NCBI RefSeq assembly: GCF_006345805.1
Contig: NC_043001.1
Location: 12,276,001-12,340,000 of the forward strand
Length of the DNA stretch: 64,000 nucleotides
Source: Octopus sinensis
Taxonomy: Eukaryota
Direction of reading: 5' to 3'
Each line of letters opens with the position of its first letter. The first letter of the stretch is position 1. Both the position numbers and the translations under genes were made by a program. Below, one piece after another: positions 1 through 14,589 of this stretch. The notes below the pieces were generated by a model, which had not been told where the DNA came from, searched no databases, and saw only the letters and a program-made list of their open reading frames with translations.

Positions 1-480
1 CAAAGTTTCTAACAAAAGAAATGACGCCTGTTTATTTGCAGATCACGTGGATATTACATGAGTGATTCGAGCTAAGTTTTCCGGAAGTGTGGTTGTTTCA
101 GACGAGCTAGATATTTCATGGCCTGCCACCTCATATATACATCTGGCAGATCCTGGAAGGACTTGTCATTGACATATAAACGCCGTAGCAAGGCGCCATT
201 GCATAAATTTGAAAATAATCCCTCACGCCCCGCAGCGATCAAAATACAGAACCAGGTATTTTAGTAAGTTGGGATCAGAAAGCCTACATACCTTTAATAT
301 TCTCCTACACGAGCTGAGAGACGTACATGCTGTAGATGCAGATGTCTTTAAAGGTAATCTAGATCTCCTGGATTCAAGAAATCCAGATGAGGCGACTTCA
401 CGATAGGAAGCAGAAATGAGAGAAGTGAAAAACAACCCCTTCATTCACCAAATGCCAAGCATTAAAGAAGGGTTAATGGA
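1..480 (+). mobile_element. Degraded 3' end of a CR1/L2-group LINE ORF2
   Basis: 135-167 reads IYIWQILEGLV. The frame of ORFs 209..406 and 416.. continues ARRHC..KYRTRY..TFNILLHELRDVHAVDADVFKGNLDLLDSRNPDEATSR, matching the usual CR1/L2 ORF2 C-terminal pattern (IYIWKILEGLVPN..LFN.LP..LRD....FK..LD..L..IPDEP). Stops and a frameshift are present. Confidence 0.7.
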
Positions 481-664
481 AGTGAAGAAACACCATGTGG
501 CGTACCATATTATGGCAAGAGCCCTTGTGAAAAAAACTAGAAAAAGAAACGCACACACAGTATGTAACTTATGTATGTCCGTATGTATATGTATGTATGT
601 ATGTGTGTATGCATGTATGTATGTGTGTGTATGTATGTATGTATCTATGTATGTATGTACGTAT

Positions 665-1557
665 TTGATTGTTGAGTTTTATTTCAAGAATTCTTGCCAA
701 AATTGAAAGACTCGGTTTCTAACCGAGATACAAGCCTCATTCTTTGAAATTTCAACATCAACAAAGAAGGTATTTTTGCTTGTGTGCACAAATGCATTTA
801 TGTATATCTGCTGATTTTTAGGTTGCGTCTTATGTATATATTCTCATACATACACATGCTTATGTAGACATGCTCATATATATTTAAATGATAAACTTCT
901 GGAAAGCTTTTCGGATTTTTTACAGTTCCAATGATGGATTGGATCTGTAGTCTGCGAATTAGCTTTTTTCCTTTCTCGTTTTGAAAAGCCTAATTTCTCA
1001 AAATTGGTATTTAGGCAGTGTGTTACATATCCCAGGGCTCCAATAAATACTGGTATAAACCTGAACCTGTAATCTGGATAGACTGGCTACATATTTCTCA
1101 GTAGTTCTACGTAGGTGTACTTAACTGATCTTCAGCTTTATGTTAACATCCGCTGGGCAGCTAATTCCCATAACTGTACCCAGTTTATCTTCCTATCGCA
1201 AATCATTATATCAGGTCTGTTGCGCTTACATTTTATTGAGGTATTCACTAGAACATTCCACCACCATTCCTTTCTCTTTTTTTTTAGTGTGAGTGGCTAT
1301 AGCTTCTACCATACTGTGAGTTCTTATTCCTTTGTCCTCGGGGTTCGCCTTCCGGCGGATTTCATTATAGTTTCATAGCTACTGCGTCATGTCTCGTAAT
1401 GACATTTCCGCACAACTGCTTATGATGTGGGTGATAATTTCAGTGTTAACTCCACAAAGGCTCCATCGATTGTCACATGTTACTGCTTTTTCCTGCATTT
1501 CTTTCCCTTTTGTGTATCAGGAACTTCGTCGATATTTCCTGTTCCTAGATTGCAAAC
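665..1557 (-). mobile_element. 5'-truncated R4/Dong-like non-LTR retrotransposon (zinc knuckle, REL endonuclease, 3'UTR) in a (TATG)n array
   Basis: Minus-strand translation with frameshifts: CDNRWSLCGVNTE..ITHIISSC (knuckle), KCKRNRPDIMICDR (PD motif, 1192-1233), EISCPADVNIKLKIS, FIPVFIGALGYV (1023-1058), LIRRLQIQSIIGTV. (TATG)n flanks both sides (about 560-660 and 1560-1680). Confidence 0.8.
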
Positions 1558-1679
1558 GCATGTATGTATGTATGTATGTATGTATGTATGTATGTATGTA
1601 CGTATGTATGCATGTATGTATGTATGTATGTATACAAGCACTGTCTGCCTTTGTGTAAGCATGTGTGTATGTATGTATG

Positions 1680-1726
<47 letters not shown>

Positions 1727-1899
1727 ATATGCATGTGTGTATGTATGTGTGTAGTATATATGTATTTACGTACGTATGTATATTTATATGTATATACGTA
1801 TGAATATATAACTGGTATTCGGCGTATTCTTCACAGTTAACATGAGGTAAACATTGTAAAACTAAGAGTATTTTTAAAACATCAATTATTATTAACTGG

Positions 1900-2180
1900 A
1901 TTATGGCTAACAGATGAGTTTACTGAAATTAGCTGCCCTCAGGTTTCCCGCCAGGCCTCAAACGACCCCGGAACCTCATGCATGCGTTTTTCACTGCGTC
2001 TCTTGGAAGATCTTTGAATACACCATTGATCTTGAGGATGTGTTGCAAACAGTGCGGTTGGTGTCTGACGTAAAAGCGCCACACAACGGAAACCATGAGA
2101 CTAAAATTAGGCGGGATCAGGAGGCAAAAACTGTAGATGGGGGTCACCATAGTAATTCTCCGGCTGTATTTGAGGTAATT
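1900..2180 (-). mobile_element. Tc1/mariner transposase C-terminal fragment
   Basis: ORF 1929..2150(-) contains GVFKDLPRDAVKNACMRFRGRL, typical of the last helices of mariner/maT-type transposases; heavily decayed. Confidence 0.55.
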
Positions 2181-3185
2181 CTATATCTTATTTATTTATT
2201 TATTTTTAGACAGAGCTTGATGAATTAGGGAAGAGTCAACAACGTTTCAGTGCGCAATACTCACATGTGTATTGTTGCGGAAAAGTGAGCTTATATGAAG
2301 GAGTGGAAGCCACCCCAATACTTGGGAGGGATTACCTCTGTAATTGATTATTTGCACCTAGGTATGAAAGTGTCGGCATCATGATCGCTGTTCAATGAAC
2401 ACTGTGAGACGTAACATGAACAGCAGCATCGGAGACTAGCACGACGTGGAAGGTATTGTCAAATATTCACCAGGCGCAGTTCGTAGGTCTCTCAGAAACA
2501 ACGGATGCCTATCTATGAATGTGTGTGCATGTCTGTGTGAGTATGTGCGCGCGTGTGTGTATGTATGCGTGTCCATATACTTATATAACTTTGGATATAT
2601 ATATGTGTGCGAGTGCATTTTGTGCTTGTGTGCATATACCAGCTTTTCAATATTATATAAGATGATCATTGAGTATCTTTTCTTATATTTCTCTGGTTAT
2701 CGCGTTAGTTTATATAAGAAGTCCATCATGTTTAGTGGAAAGTATTATTTCTCTGTTTGTTTACGATTGTATACTTTGCACAATTGATCTTCTGTTTCCT
2801 TCAATTTTTGTTACTAATGTTCCCTACTTTATGTTACTATTTCATTAGCCAACATTCATCTATGAATTTCCTTGCCTTATAATATTGCACAGCAGTTTGT
2901 AAGTTATAACGGAAGCGCTTACATTTTCTTTTCCTACATCTTTTCGCACTGATTGGCATTGATAGATAGATAAATCCTTTGTTGATTTTGTATTCTTCGC
3001 CTTTTTCCACACCCAAATAAGTTCTTTATATCAAATAGAATGAGAAACTGGTATTTGAACGCTGGGAAAGAAACCACTACACAATCGTATTGGAACATGA
3101 CGAGGATCTTATAAGTCAGAATATCAGTAAATATTTATTTACAATAATGTATATGCTATACAAGAGTATTACAGACAGAAATCAA

Positions 3186-3514
3186 TGTGGATCGGTGCTT
3201 CCCAACCACATGGTTCCGGGTTCAGTACCACTGCGTGGCATCTTGGGCAAGTGTCTCATAATATAGCCACGGGCCGACCAAAGCCTTGTGAGTGGATTCG
3301 GTAGACGGAAACTGAAAGAAGTTCGTCGTATATGTATAAGTACATGCATGTGTGTGTGTATGTTTTTGCGTCTGCGGTTGTCCTCCCAACATCGCTTGAC
3401 AACCAATACTGGTGTGTTTACGTCCCGTAACTTAGCAATTCAGCAAAAGAGACCGATAGAATAAGTACTAAGCTTACAAAGAACAAGTTTGATCGACTAA
3501 AGGTGATGCTCCAG
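3186..3514 (+). mobile_element. tRNA-derived SINE family 1 (GGAGTGGCTGTGTGG head), 5'-eroded copy
   Basis: Homologous to the full copy at 62669-63080 (ccaaccacatggttccgggttcag...gaccgatagaataagtact...gactaaagg). Confidence 0.85.
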
Positions 3515-3928
3515 CCAGTTGATTTCATAAATTTTCATCAAATAAGTAAATAGGTAACTACGGGGCACGTCTTCTTAGCGATTCAATCGTGTGCATGATA
3601 TCACCGCTATAATTGGCAAACATACTATTTACCTAATCTCCCTTTCATCCACTTATTTATGTTACGAGATGACCCGGATGTTCATCACGTTTGTCATGGT
3701 AGCATTTCGGTAAGTTTAAAAGAAGATATCTTCTCCACTACCGATACCATTTACCTATTACACCTTTTAAAATTGTGTTTGCTTGCAAGTAATGTAAATA
3801 CTGCTACTCATCTCTGCTAGCCAATAAATAAGATATTATTGTTACACGCTCGTGTCATTCAAAGGATTAACAATTTTGTTTGAAACGATCTGCTCCATCG
3901 AATAATATTTGCACTTGTTTTATTGTAT

Positions 3929-3966
<38 letters not shown>

Positions 3967-5157
3967 CTTGCATTATAAACAAATAGGCCAGAAACATGCA
4001 AGCGTATCAATTGATTACATCTTCGATTTTTTACACGAAGACAATTTCCTCTTATGGAATGGTACTTCACAGAACGTAAAGGATTACGAATTAATATTGG
4101 CCCTTTAGGGATTATTTCGAATAAATGCATTTACATTAGTTATAATAATAAATAATCTTAATATTTAATGATTAAAAGCTTTTGTGAAATTCATCAATTC
4201 GTAGTATATAAATTCAAATGTTCATGTTCCTTGAAAATGTTTTTTGTCTAATTTACATTCATATTTAAAGCTTAATTTAAACGGACAGTACAGTTGCGCT
4301 GAGTCTCAATAATCATTTTATGAGACAAATCCTTGAAATCGGGAGATAAATAGCACGTTCGTAGCAACTATTTTCTCCCTTCTAAAACATAAAGTTTATA
4401 ATCGAAAATATGATACGAAATATTTGAATTTTTTTTTATTGGAAGGCAGCTAAGATATATTATGGACATATTTGTTACAAATTTGTTCGGAAAGCTAACC
4501 ACATTGCGCATATTTCTGTAATATATATATATATATATTATATATATATATATATATTATTTCATCTTACATAATCTTGTTAATTGCCACAAGCTGGTTA
4601 TCAGAAACTTACTATAAGTTATATTTTATCTTTATTACCAAATCCGCATTAAATATCTATCGATTAATCTACAAATGGGATTATTTGGGTTTTTTGTTTT
4701 GACTGCAAATACTGTTTGAAACTTGTTTGAATGTTTTTATTTACATTCAGTGACCATCAAAGAATGGTAATATTTCCCCATCAAATGTAATTTTGTAAAA
4801 GATATAAAAATATTTTTAATAAAAATATTTCGCAAGAAAGAATGTTGTTCAACACGATAGCATTTAACTTCTATTTACATCCGGTTCAAACTTTCTATAT
4901 GTGTATTTCCTTTCATAACCTTCTGCAATTCGAGGATGTATTCAATGAGCGCAATTTATCTTCAGCTCTTTTCTTTTAGAAAATTTACAGGAGCATTATG
5001 AATTTTAAATTTCATTGATTCTGTTGCCTACATCATTCTGCTTTGCAACATTTAAAGATGGAAGTGTTGTGAGCTAATGTAGAAATGCTAGAATGAGCTC
5101 AAGTATACATCGACAGATATACGAAGAAACATCTATACACTGAGGCAAATGCATATA

Positions 5158-6466
5158 CACAGGGTGGAGCAGAAAGGACGGACGTTTTTGAAATAGCTAT
5201 TACTGAGCTCCAGGGCGAGGTAAATATGTCCGACAGGTACCATTTGGTCCGTGGTGTCTTAGTATTTTGTTCTCATTTCAGGTGAAGTCATGGCGCAGTA
5301 GACGATAGAGAATTGCATGATTGCTTACAACAGTTACGTGAGGAATAACCGGATCTGTCACAGTAGTTCAACTGACTTTCGGTGCCACTTCAGCATTTAC
5401 CAAAATCAGGCTGTTCCCACACGTATCACAATCTTACGTTGAGAGAATTCACTTCGTACACGAGGTACACTAATGAATAGGAGGGTGTTGGGGCGGCACC
5501 AACGGTACGTAACCCGGAAAATGTGGATAAGCTTTGATACGGCGTCTGGATCGCTCTCCTTGGAGGCATTCCACTGAACTTTGAATCAGTAATCTATCGG
5601 TAAGGTGTATTCTTCATGAAGATCTTCATTTCTACTTGTACAAATTGGTAATAGGGCAACATTTGAAACCATGGCACTATGCGCAGCGGATTAACATCGC
5701 ACGTCAAATGAAATCAATTTTTAGGTAAATAAAAACCTCACTTTGTTAATGAGAGATGAAGCTCGCTTTCATCTCAATGACATGGTGAATCCACATAACC
5801 GTCGTTTTTGGGCTCTTGAAAACCCGAGAGAACTGCACAGCCCCAAAATGACTGCCTGGTGTGCTTTCGGATAAGCTGCCGTCATTGTTCCTTACTTTTT
5901 TGAAGACATTAATGGAAGGGCTGTTACTATTAACTCCGTGTGTTACATCGAGATGATAAACAACGTCATTGTGCCTCAATTACGACGAAAACATACCTAT
6001 TCGACGTGTGTAGTCTCCGCAGGATGTGGGGACGGCCCACACAGCCAGAGCACCAAACAATGTTATTCGCCCTCTCTGCAGTGACCGCCTCATTTCCAAG
6101 TTTACTGATATTCCTTGGCTCCATCTGTCTTTTAATTTGTCCATGTGTGAGCATGTCTCGTGGGGAAACCTCAAGGTACGACTGTATGCGCATAATCCCC
6201 GTAAATAGGATTATTTGGAGGAAGATATTCGCGTGGAAGTCGTCCAAATCGACAGAACAATGCTGGAGGGAGAGAGAGAAGGCAAGAACGCCTGCATAAA
6301 TGCATCAATGAAAACGGACACCACATGATGAATGTTGTTTTCCACACTTAATTTTGACAGGGGGTAATTCAATACGAAGATATTGATGTCAATAAAATTT
6401 GTTTGCAGCTAAAAATGATGTGCGAATTTTCCAGACACATCCGTCTTAGATCGCCCACTCTCTACG
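5158..6466 (+). mobile_element. Near full-length decayed Tc1/mariner element of rosa (DD41D) type; transposase pseudogene about 5290-6351
   Basis: TA+CAGGGTG terminus at about 5158 and a degenerate inverted terminus near 6430-6466. ATG at 5290; motifs DEARFHLN..VN..N.RFWALENPRELH and QDVGTAHTARA..RLISKFTDIPW..NLSMCE, with 41 residues between the second D and the third acidic position; ends NENGHHMMNVVFHT* at 6351. Many stops and frameshifts. Confidence 0.8.
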
Positions 6467-7689
6467 TATACACACACATGTTCATATATCTTGTATATTG
6501 TTAAAGCAATTCTGTAACTATTGTTGATGTCTTAACGGAACCAGGTCAGCTATTTATATTAAACATTTGTTATTAGAAAGCAAAAATGTTCTTCACGATT
6601 AAAAATAAACTATGGTGAAATTGATTTGGTCTCAAACACATCCACCCATCCATTTTATGCAAATTTTGTCGCAGTCATTGAAATTTCTACGTTTCATCAC
6701 TTCAATCCATTTGAAGCTTTATTATTTTTAATTTACTATAAGCTTTCACTCTCTATACCGTAAAATAATAACTAATATCTTTTTCCATTACTTTCCATAA
6801 TGACGAACCAATATTTTTGAATGTATACAATTCCATCATCTCAACAATTCACTTTCAAAACAATTGTTTACATTTATGAATACATAAGTTCATTATTTTC
6901 GATATATATATTACTGTAATCCTCTTTTTTCATATTCCAAACATTTCATTTAATATTTCATTCAACAAATCCATAATGTTGTTGATATGATATCTTAAAC
7001 ATTCATTGTTGGAATATTTCCCTAATATATCTTTTACATTTTCAACTAAATCCTATTGAGTATTGCTGTTTTCCTGATTCCCGTTTTAAAATAATATATT
7101 TGTTCATTTTCATAAACTCATTTCCAGAATCTTTGTGGCCAGATTTGAAAATAAATGTTTAAAATATTACATTTTAGGATTCCATTAAAAAAATTCACCA
7201 TTTTACGATATTTTTCCATTATGTGCTTCTTCAAATTCTGTTCAGTGTTTCTGCTAATATAACCACATATACATGTATACATGCATAACATATACATAAA
7301 TTTATATATACGTATATGCAAATAAAATCTCTGAAGAAACAGTAAATTATATAAATATATGTGTATACAGTAATTTTTTACTAGTTTCATCATGTCTCTC
7401 TGTTTGTTTTTTTTTCCATATTGCTATATGAAAACTTAAGGTCGTTTAGAGTCGGTTCATGGCTGCTATTTTCAGCATGGTGGTGTCTCGTAATAATAAT
7501 TATTACCTTTGAAGGTTCTTTTTTCCATGCTGATAAGTTCGTTATTTTATTTCAAATTAACGATCTTATATATATATAAATGAAAGAGAGACAATGAGTT
7601 TTTTTAAATTTATTCCTATGTTTGTTATGTGGTATACTTAAAAATCATATCTTTATCCATCAAGACTCTATTTGATAGAGGGCGTGAAC

Positions 7690-7910
7690 TAATGTGCGGC
7701 ACCACATCGTTCGGCAAAAACTGATCGCTTATGCGTCGTCTTCCACAGAAGACACCACGTGATCGCAGAGCAAAGTGTGATGAAGTGTTTTGATCGAGAA
7801 CAAAACACACCAACAACCGGTCTATGACTTGAAATCGCGATGTTGTCATCGTGAAGGCAACATCCTAACCACTTGCTCTCGACGTACATACCATACCAAT
7901 ACGAACATAC
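7690..7910 (-). mobile_element. tRNA-headed SINE fragment (family 5)
   Basis: Reverse complement has a tRNA-like head (gcaagtggttaggatgttgcc...gatttcaagtc). Homologous to 9365-9610 plus 10033-10080. Confidence 0.55.
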
Positions 7911-8462
7911 TAATGTTCCGCATGATGACTGGACACGTTAGTGTTCTTGCGTAGATGATTTGCTTTGTGTTCATGTTTGTTGTTACTTACATATATTTGA
8001 TTAACGACAGAAACTTTATTCACAGGGAGCATGATTATTGATTTCAATTTTAAGGCTAGAGAATCTTTTATATTTATAGCCATCTTCAGATGTAATAGCT
8101 ATAAATAACATCAAAAAGCTCACCGGCTTCTTGCGACACCAGTGCTTGAATACAAACTCAGATTCTATATATCTTTCAGACTTGGCTGTTATCATATGGC
8201 TGGACATCTTTCACTGAGGAACGCATAACATGGTAAAGTTACCTTACCTTTCAGTGCCGGGGTCCGGAGATGAAAATTCTCGACTATCAACGATATACTT
8301 GCCGATGTATTTATACACAACATATCATTATGAGAGATTCTTTCAAAGTAAATAACGCAGAATTATTTCTGTGTCCTAACACAATCTTCTCTCCACGTTA
8401 AATTAGACGTCAAATATACATACATACAACTTTCTACACATACGCACGCACGCACACACACA

Positions 8463-8712
<250 letters not shown>

Positions 8713-8893
8713 CTCTTTATATATATTCATGTATATAAATTCTATATATATATATATATTCATGTATATAAATTATATATATATTCATGTATATAAATTA
8801 TGTATTATATATTGTGAAATTTGATTTAGCATTACTAACTTGGATTTTTCCCTGTAAATTTTAAATCATATTCCCTATTATTATTATTATTGC

Positions 8894-8965
<72 letters not shown>

Positions 8966-8980
8966 CAGTATCATTATATG

Positions 8981-9019
<39 letters not shown>

Positions 9020-9288
9020 TATATATACACACACACAACTATCGGCGTTTATATCAACACCTATCATTATATCAAGAAATATCAGGTCATACTCCATGTG
9101 TGTTCGCTTTAGTATATATATATATAATATATATAATTAATTAATAAGGGTGAGAGAATTAGATACTAATTTAATAGTATATCTATTCAACACCAAGTGG
9201 CCTAGTGCTCCGAGAAACCTGGATTATTATAATATTTTATAATATATTACAATATTTTTACAAAATAAATATAGTGACCACTCTCTTA

Positions 9289-9346
<58 letters not shown>

Positions 9347-9610
9347 TATATATATGAGGGACTGCCCTGTGGAAGACGACGTATGAGAGATCAGTGTTTG
9401 GCGAACGACCTGCGCAAATGGTTTGGTGCGGCGCATTAGCTCACGCTCTCTATCAAAATAACTTATTCTGAGCAGATGCACTCTGTACAATGCGTCAAGT
9501 ATTGAAGTGATCGCAGAGCAAAGTGAGATGATGTGCTTTGCTCAAGAACACAACGACAATCGGTCTAGGAATTGAAATCACGATCTTGTAATCGTGAATG
9601 CAACATCCTT

Positions 9611-10032
9611 TATAGGCATAGGAGTGGCTGTGTGGTAAGTAGTTCGCTTACCAACCACATGGTTCTGGGTTCAGTCCCACTGCGTGGCGCCTTGGGCGAT
9701 TGTGTATTCTACTATAGCCTCGGGTCGACCAAAGCTTGGTAAGTGGATTTGGAAGGGGGAAACTGAAAGAAGCCTGTCGTATATACGTATATATGTATAT
9801 ATATGTGTGTGTGTATGTTTGTGTGTCTGTGTCTGTTCCCCCAACATCGCTTGATAACCGATGCCGGTGTGTTTACGTCCCCGTAACATAGCGGTTCGGC
9901 AAAAGAGACCGATAGAATAATTACTAGGCTTACAAAAATCAGTCCTGGGGTCGATTTGCTCGACTGAAGGCGGCGCTCCAGCATAGCCACAGTCAAATGA
10001 CTGAAACAAGTAAAAGAATAAAAGAATTAAAA
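9611..10032 (+). mobile_element. Full-length SINE family 1 copy nested in a family 5 SINE, ATCCTT target-site duplication
   Basis: Head ggcataggagtggctgtgtgg and tail gaaacaagtaaaagaataaaag; atcctt at 9605-9610 and 10033-10038. Confidence 0.9.
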
Positions 10033-10879
10033 ATCCTTACCACTTGCTCTCGACGCACGTACCACACCAATACGAACGTAAAAAGTTTGGTGACGATTGC
10101 CTTGTGTAAAATACTCACACCTGAAAGTATATCTTTGTATGTATATCTGTCTATAACTATGTTCAGTTTTATTTTTACATGACAACTTTTGCAGACCAGG
10201 AATCAGTATGAATTTGCCGATAAAAACAATATCCAAAATTGAAAGTAAGGCGTTAATATATTGAATTTCATATTATCTAAATACCATAGCATTTTAACAA
10301 TACTGATTTCGTATGTTTCCAATTTCTCAATATTTGGATATCGTCTTCTCTGCCTAAGAGGATATCAATATCTCTATAGCTTTTATCGACAACTCATTGC
10401 GTTTTGCGCCAGTGAAGCATCCCCTTTATACTTACTAGATCTGCCAAATATCCCATCTATTGCATAGTAAAATCAGTCTTTCCAATTTTAAAACTATCAT
10501 AACACGTTTCCTTAAACAGATATAAATAAACTGCCCACCACAGTATGGTCAGGTAGTATTTTCATCATGTTTCAGCTTGGTCAACTATAACTGAGAAATA
10601 AATATAAATATATAAGTTTTTGAATTTATTGCAGAGTTTTTATAACCAACTCTGTATACTATTCTGCGATATTTACTTCTTAATATATATTTTCTATAAG
10701 ATAAATCATATACTAAAACGGTATATTTTGCCCTGTTTTTTTTTTTTACTGCGAATATTAATAATTCATTATTTAAGTTGTGTAAGAAATGAAATTCTTA
10801 TATATCCATATGTATATAGTATGATGGAATGTCATACCTCTAAGTTTCGAAATCTCGTAGCTACTTCATTAAAAATATT

Positions 10880-11407
10880 TAACGTAAGCAATGAAATTGT
10901 TGTGTTGTTGTGACCCCCTTTGGTCACGATTGACCATAGGATTCCACCTAGAAAATTAGCTTCCGAGGCACAAATCTGGGTAAGGTTGTTTATGGAAGAC
11001 CAGCAGTCGCCCACATACCAGACTCCCCTCTCCACGCCACAAATGATATCCAAGAGAAAGACAAAGGCCGATACAGCTCGGCGCCAGTGACGTCGCAGCT
11101 CAGTTATTAACGGGAAAGTGGCTGAGCACTCCACAGACACATGTGCCTTTAACGTAGTTCTCGGGGAGATTCAGTGGGACACACAGACTGGCCCTTAGAA
11201 ATACAGGTTCAATAGCAACAGGAAGAAACAGTGAGAGAAAGTTGTGGTGAAAGAATACAGCAGAGTTCAGCACTACCCTCTGTCGGAGGCTCGTGGAGCT
11301 TTAGGTATTTTGCTCAATAAACACTCATAATGCCCGGTCTGCGAATCGAAACCGCGATCCTACGACCGCGAGTCCGCTGCTCTAACCACTGGGTCATTGC
11401 GCCTCCG
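10880..11407 (-). mobile_element. SINE family 3 copy (about 11105-11407) joined to a fragment of another SINE (about 10880-11105)
   Basis: Reverse complement of the head gaggcgcaatgacccagtggttagagcagcggactcgcggtcgtaggatcgcggtttcgattcgc; homologous to 52745-53127. Confidence 0.8.
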
Positions 11408-11901
11408 CATGCAATGAAATATAGAATGACATTAAGGCGTATCAATTAAAACACTGAATATTGTTCTTGTACTGATTCTGGTATGGCCTATGAAACTATA
11501 AATTTCCTTGCCACACCATACACATACCTACCGTAAGAATGCAGGTGTTCGTTTACACCAGAATTCCAAGAAAGAATTTGTAGTTTCGTCAAGATTCAGT
11601 TGTTATCTATTTTCCGAGAAGATTTTCTGGACTATAATCTCCCCATGGTTTAATATTTCAGTGATTTATGTTTGCCACGACGAGGGCTTTCGATTATTTA
11701 AGAAATGCAGCAGAATTGTATGACCCAGTTTATATAACAATTATTTTTAATATATATTACGTAATTATTTTTAGCAGTCTAAAATCAAGCTTTTTTTAGA
11801 TGTACAACACAGTACAGCTAGCTATAATTCTGTTTAGAAAAGGATCGAATATATATATATGAATGTATGTATGTATGTATATATGTATGTATATATGTAT
11901 G

Positions 11902-11935
<34 letters not shown>

Positions 11936-13235
11936 TATATATGTATTTATACTGTATATAAGTGTGTGTGTGAGAGAGAGAGAGAGAGCATGCGCATATG
12001 TATGTATATGCATGTGTATATACATATATGTATGTGTATGCGGGTATGTATACAATTTTTTAATTTATGATTTGGTTTATGTCTATCATTGTTTGAATTG
12101 CATAATAGTGGTTTTTCTCTAATTTATATATATTATATATTTATATTGTGAAATTTGATTTAATACAAAATTGAATTTTTCCCTGTAAGTTTGGAGTTAT
12201 ACTCCCTAATATTCTTCTTATTATTATTAGTAGTAGTAATAGTATTATTATTATTATTATTAGTAATAGTAGTAGTAGTAGTAGTATATATATATATACC
12301 TATAAACTCATTGATGCCAATATTTACAGTGTGAAATACTGAAGTATATGAAGGGAGGATTGAAAAATTAAAGGTTATCGCGGAAGGTCTGCTTCCAGGG
12401 CCAACATCGCGAGTTCTTTTACAGGGCTTAGAAAACCCGAATGACTGCTGCAACAAATGTTTGTATCTTATATTTTACCCAAGGCCAGCAACTTTTCTTC
12501 ACCCCCCTCTTTTGCAAACAAATTTAAGCACACATGAAGATGCATGCAAGCATGCACACGTTTACATATCTACACTGATACACACGCACATATATATACA
12601 CATGCACACACATGCACACACATGTATATATATATATATATAATATATGTGTGTGTGTGTTCGTTTGTTTATTGCGTGCGAATATATATAAATGCAGCTG
12701 TGTGTATATTTATATGTGCTTCTCGCGATGTATCTTTCAATATTTCATGTGTTTCGAGGTATGAAATGTAGAGAGAAAACAAAATATTATGAATTAATTA
12801 ACCAGAGATATAATCACACACGCCTGTGCTTATATAAACACACAGACACACACAGGAAAACGCACACATGCAAACGTACACACATACATACACATTTATG
12901 TATACACGCACAAGCACATACACACACGCGTGTATATATGAGTGGGTTTCGGTGAAAAGTCGATGAGAACATTTACTCGCCTTCAGAAATAATTAGCAGG
13001 TGTTATAATGCAACACATTTTCGTGACTTCACGGGTTAATGTAAACGCTGTTATGAACACGATGTTTAAATACACCCTCGGGAGTTACAGCGTGCAAAAC
13101 CGAAACTTGTATCACCCAGCCGTTGCGACAGTATGTGTGAAACAGGTGCATAAAAGAATACGTCTGCCGACATTTTAACTAAATACTGAAAGCAGCAATA
13201 AATATTGTGGTATTCGCGGGTTATCTGTAGATTCG

Positions 13236-13314
<79 letters not shown>

Positions 13315-13334
13315 TATGTATATATATATATATA

Positions 13335-13397
<63 letters not shown>

Positions 13398-13529
13398 TAA
13401 TTTTTATTTCATAACACGGTGATAGCGTAGAAGTGCTCGAGTCGAACTTGAGGCGTTAGATTAGTATAATGGACACAAAAGCAAAAGTTCAAATCTAACG
13501 AACTACGATTAATACATAAACTTAGATAA

Positions 13530-13730
13530 ACTTAGTTATGTTTCGACCAAAGATTGGTCCAGGCCATGTCTAACTTAATAGCACCACCTGATAGGATTAT
13601 TCGAATCCTGTTTAAGTCAAGTTTTTTTTATGGTCCATTCAAGTAGTGAGATTTTCTTGGGTGAGTTGTATCCAATTATCTGGTATTCTTTGAAGGAATC
13701 TATCCAGACTCCGTTTAGTTAAGTTAAAGT
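13530..13730 (-). mobile_element. Possible PLE 3' remnant (GIY-YIG C-terminus and broken HHR)
   Basis: Minus frame ..FKEYQIIGYNSPKKISLLEWTIKK.. resembles PLE endonuclease ends. It is followed by the hairpin GACCA-AUCUU-UGGUC and GAAAC, but the CUGANGA core is truncated. Confidence 0.3.
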
Positions 13731-14164
13731 AAGAATTGTCAAATATGAAACATATAGAAATACAGAAATCTGAAGAGTGTTAAATGCTAAAAATATACAT
13801 GGACATATAGATATATAGATCTATAAATATAATAATAATGGAATATCGATAAAAATAATAAATAAAAAATAGATAAAGAACGTTTAAATACTTAAATATG
13901 ATATAGAGAATGTAATATCCATTAAAAAAAGTTTGGTGCTACATGTTAGAAGAACCTAAAGTATTCCAACGATCGTTTCTCGAGTTCATTCGTCCAAATA
14001 CCGGAGAATGCACCATCATCAATGAAAAAACGTATATAATATATATATATATATATATATATTATATAATATATATATATATATATATATTCAAAATGTG
14101 ACCACGTGTGTACCTTTGACGATTTTTTTCCTCCGTCTCCATCCTTGCATCTTTCCTTCTCTAT

Positions 14165-14199
14165 GTTTCTGACTAAGAGCTCCGCTCGAAACGTTAAAC
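14165..14199 (+). ncRNA. Minimal type I HHR-like motif with a core mutation (G8 to U)
   Basis: GUUU CUGACUA A GAGC-UCC-GCUC GAA ACGU U AAAC: stems I, II and the palindromic stem III are intact, but the core reads CUGACUA instead of CUGANGA. Confidence 0.6.
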
Positions 14200-14298
14200 C
14201 CTCCTTCTTCCCTTCCTTCCTGAGTGTCCAATAATACTATATTTGTTCCACGTCCTCGCGTTTTTGTGTTTTCTCTTTGTGTTTTCATGTTTTGATTA

Positions 14299-14351
<53 letters not shown>

Positions 14352-14367
14352 TATATATATGTCTTCT

Positions 14368-14530
14368 AGGCGTATGAGTGGCTGTGTGGTAAATAACGTG
14401 CTTCCCAACCACATGGTTCCGGATTCAGTCCAACTGCGTGGCACCGTGACCAAGAATCATCTACTATAGCCTCGAGCCAACCAAAGCCATGTGAGTGGGT
14501 TTGGAAGACGAAAACTGAATGAAGGCTGTC

Positions 14531-14533
<3 letters not shown>
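14368..14533 (+). mobile_element. SINE family 1, 5' half
   Basis: aggcgtatgagtggctgtgtgg...ggaagacgaaaactgaatgaaggctgtcg. Confidence 0.85.
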
Positions 14534-14582
<49 letters not shown>

Positions 14583-14589
14583 TATATAA

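Noticed and set aside
1914-2228. 104-aa plus-strand ORF with a GAG|GTAATT donor-like site
   Set aside because: It is the antisense of the mariner transposase remnant; no independent coding evidence.
6780-7260. Minus-strand stretch with LINE-like codon flavour
   Set aside because: Too many stops and no diagnostic motif to assign a family.
8078-8339. Exon-like splice signals on both strands
   Set aside because: The plus candidate has stops in all frames and the minus candidates imply a 34-nt intron or incompatible phases; no recognisable protein.
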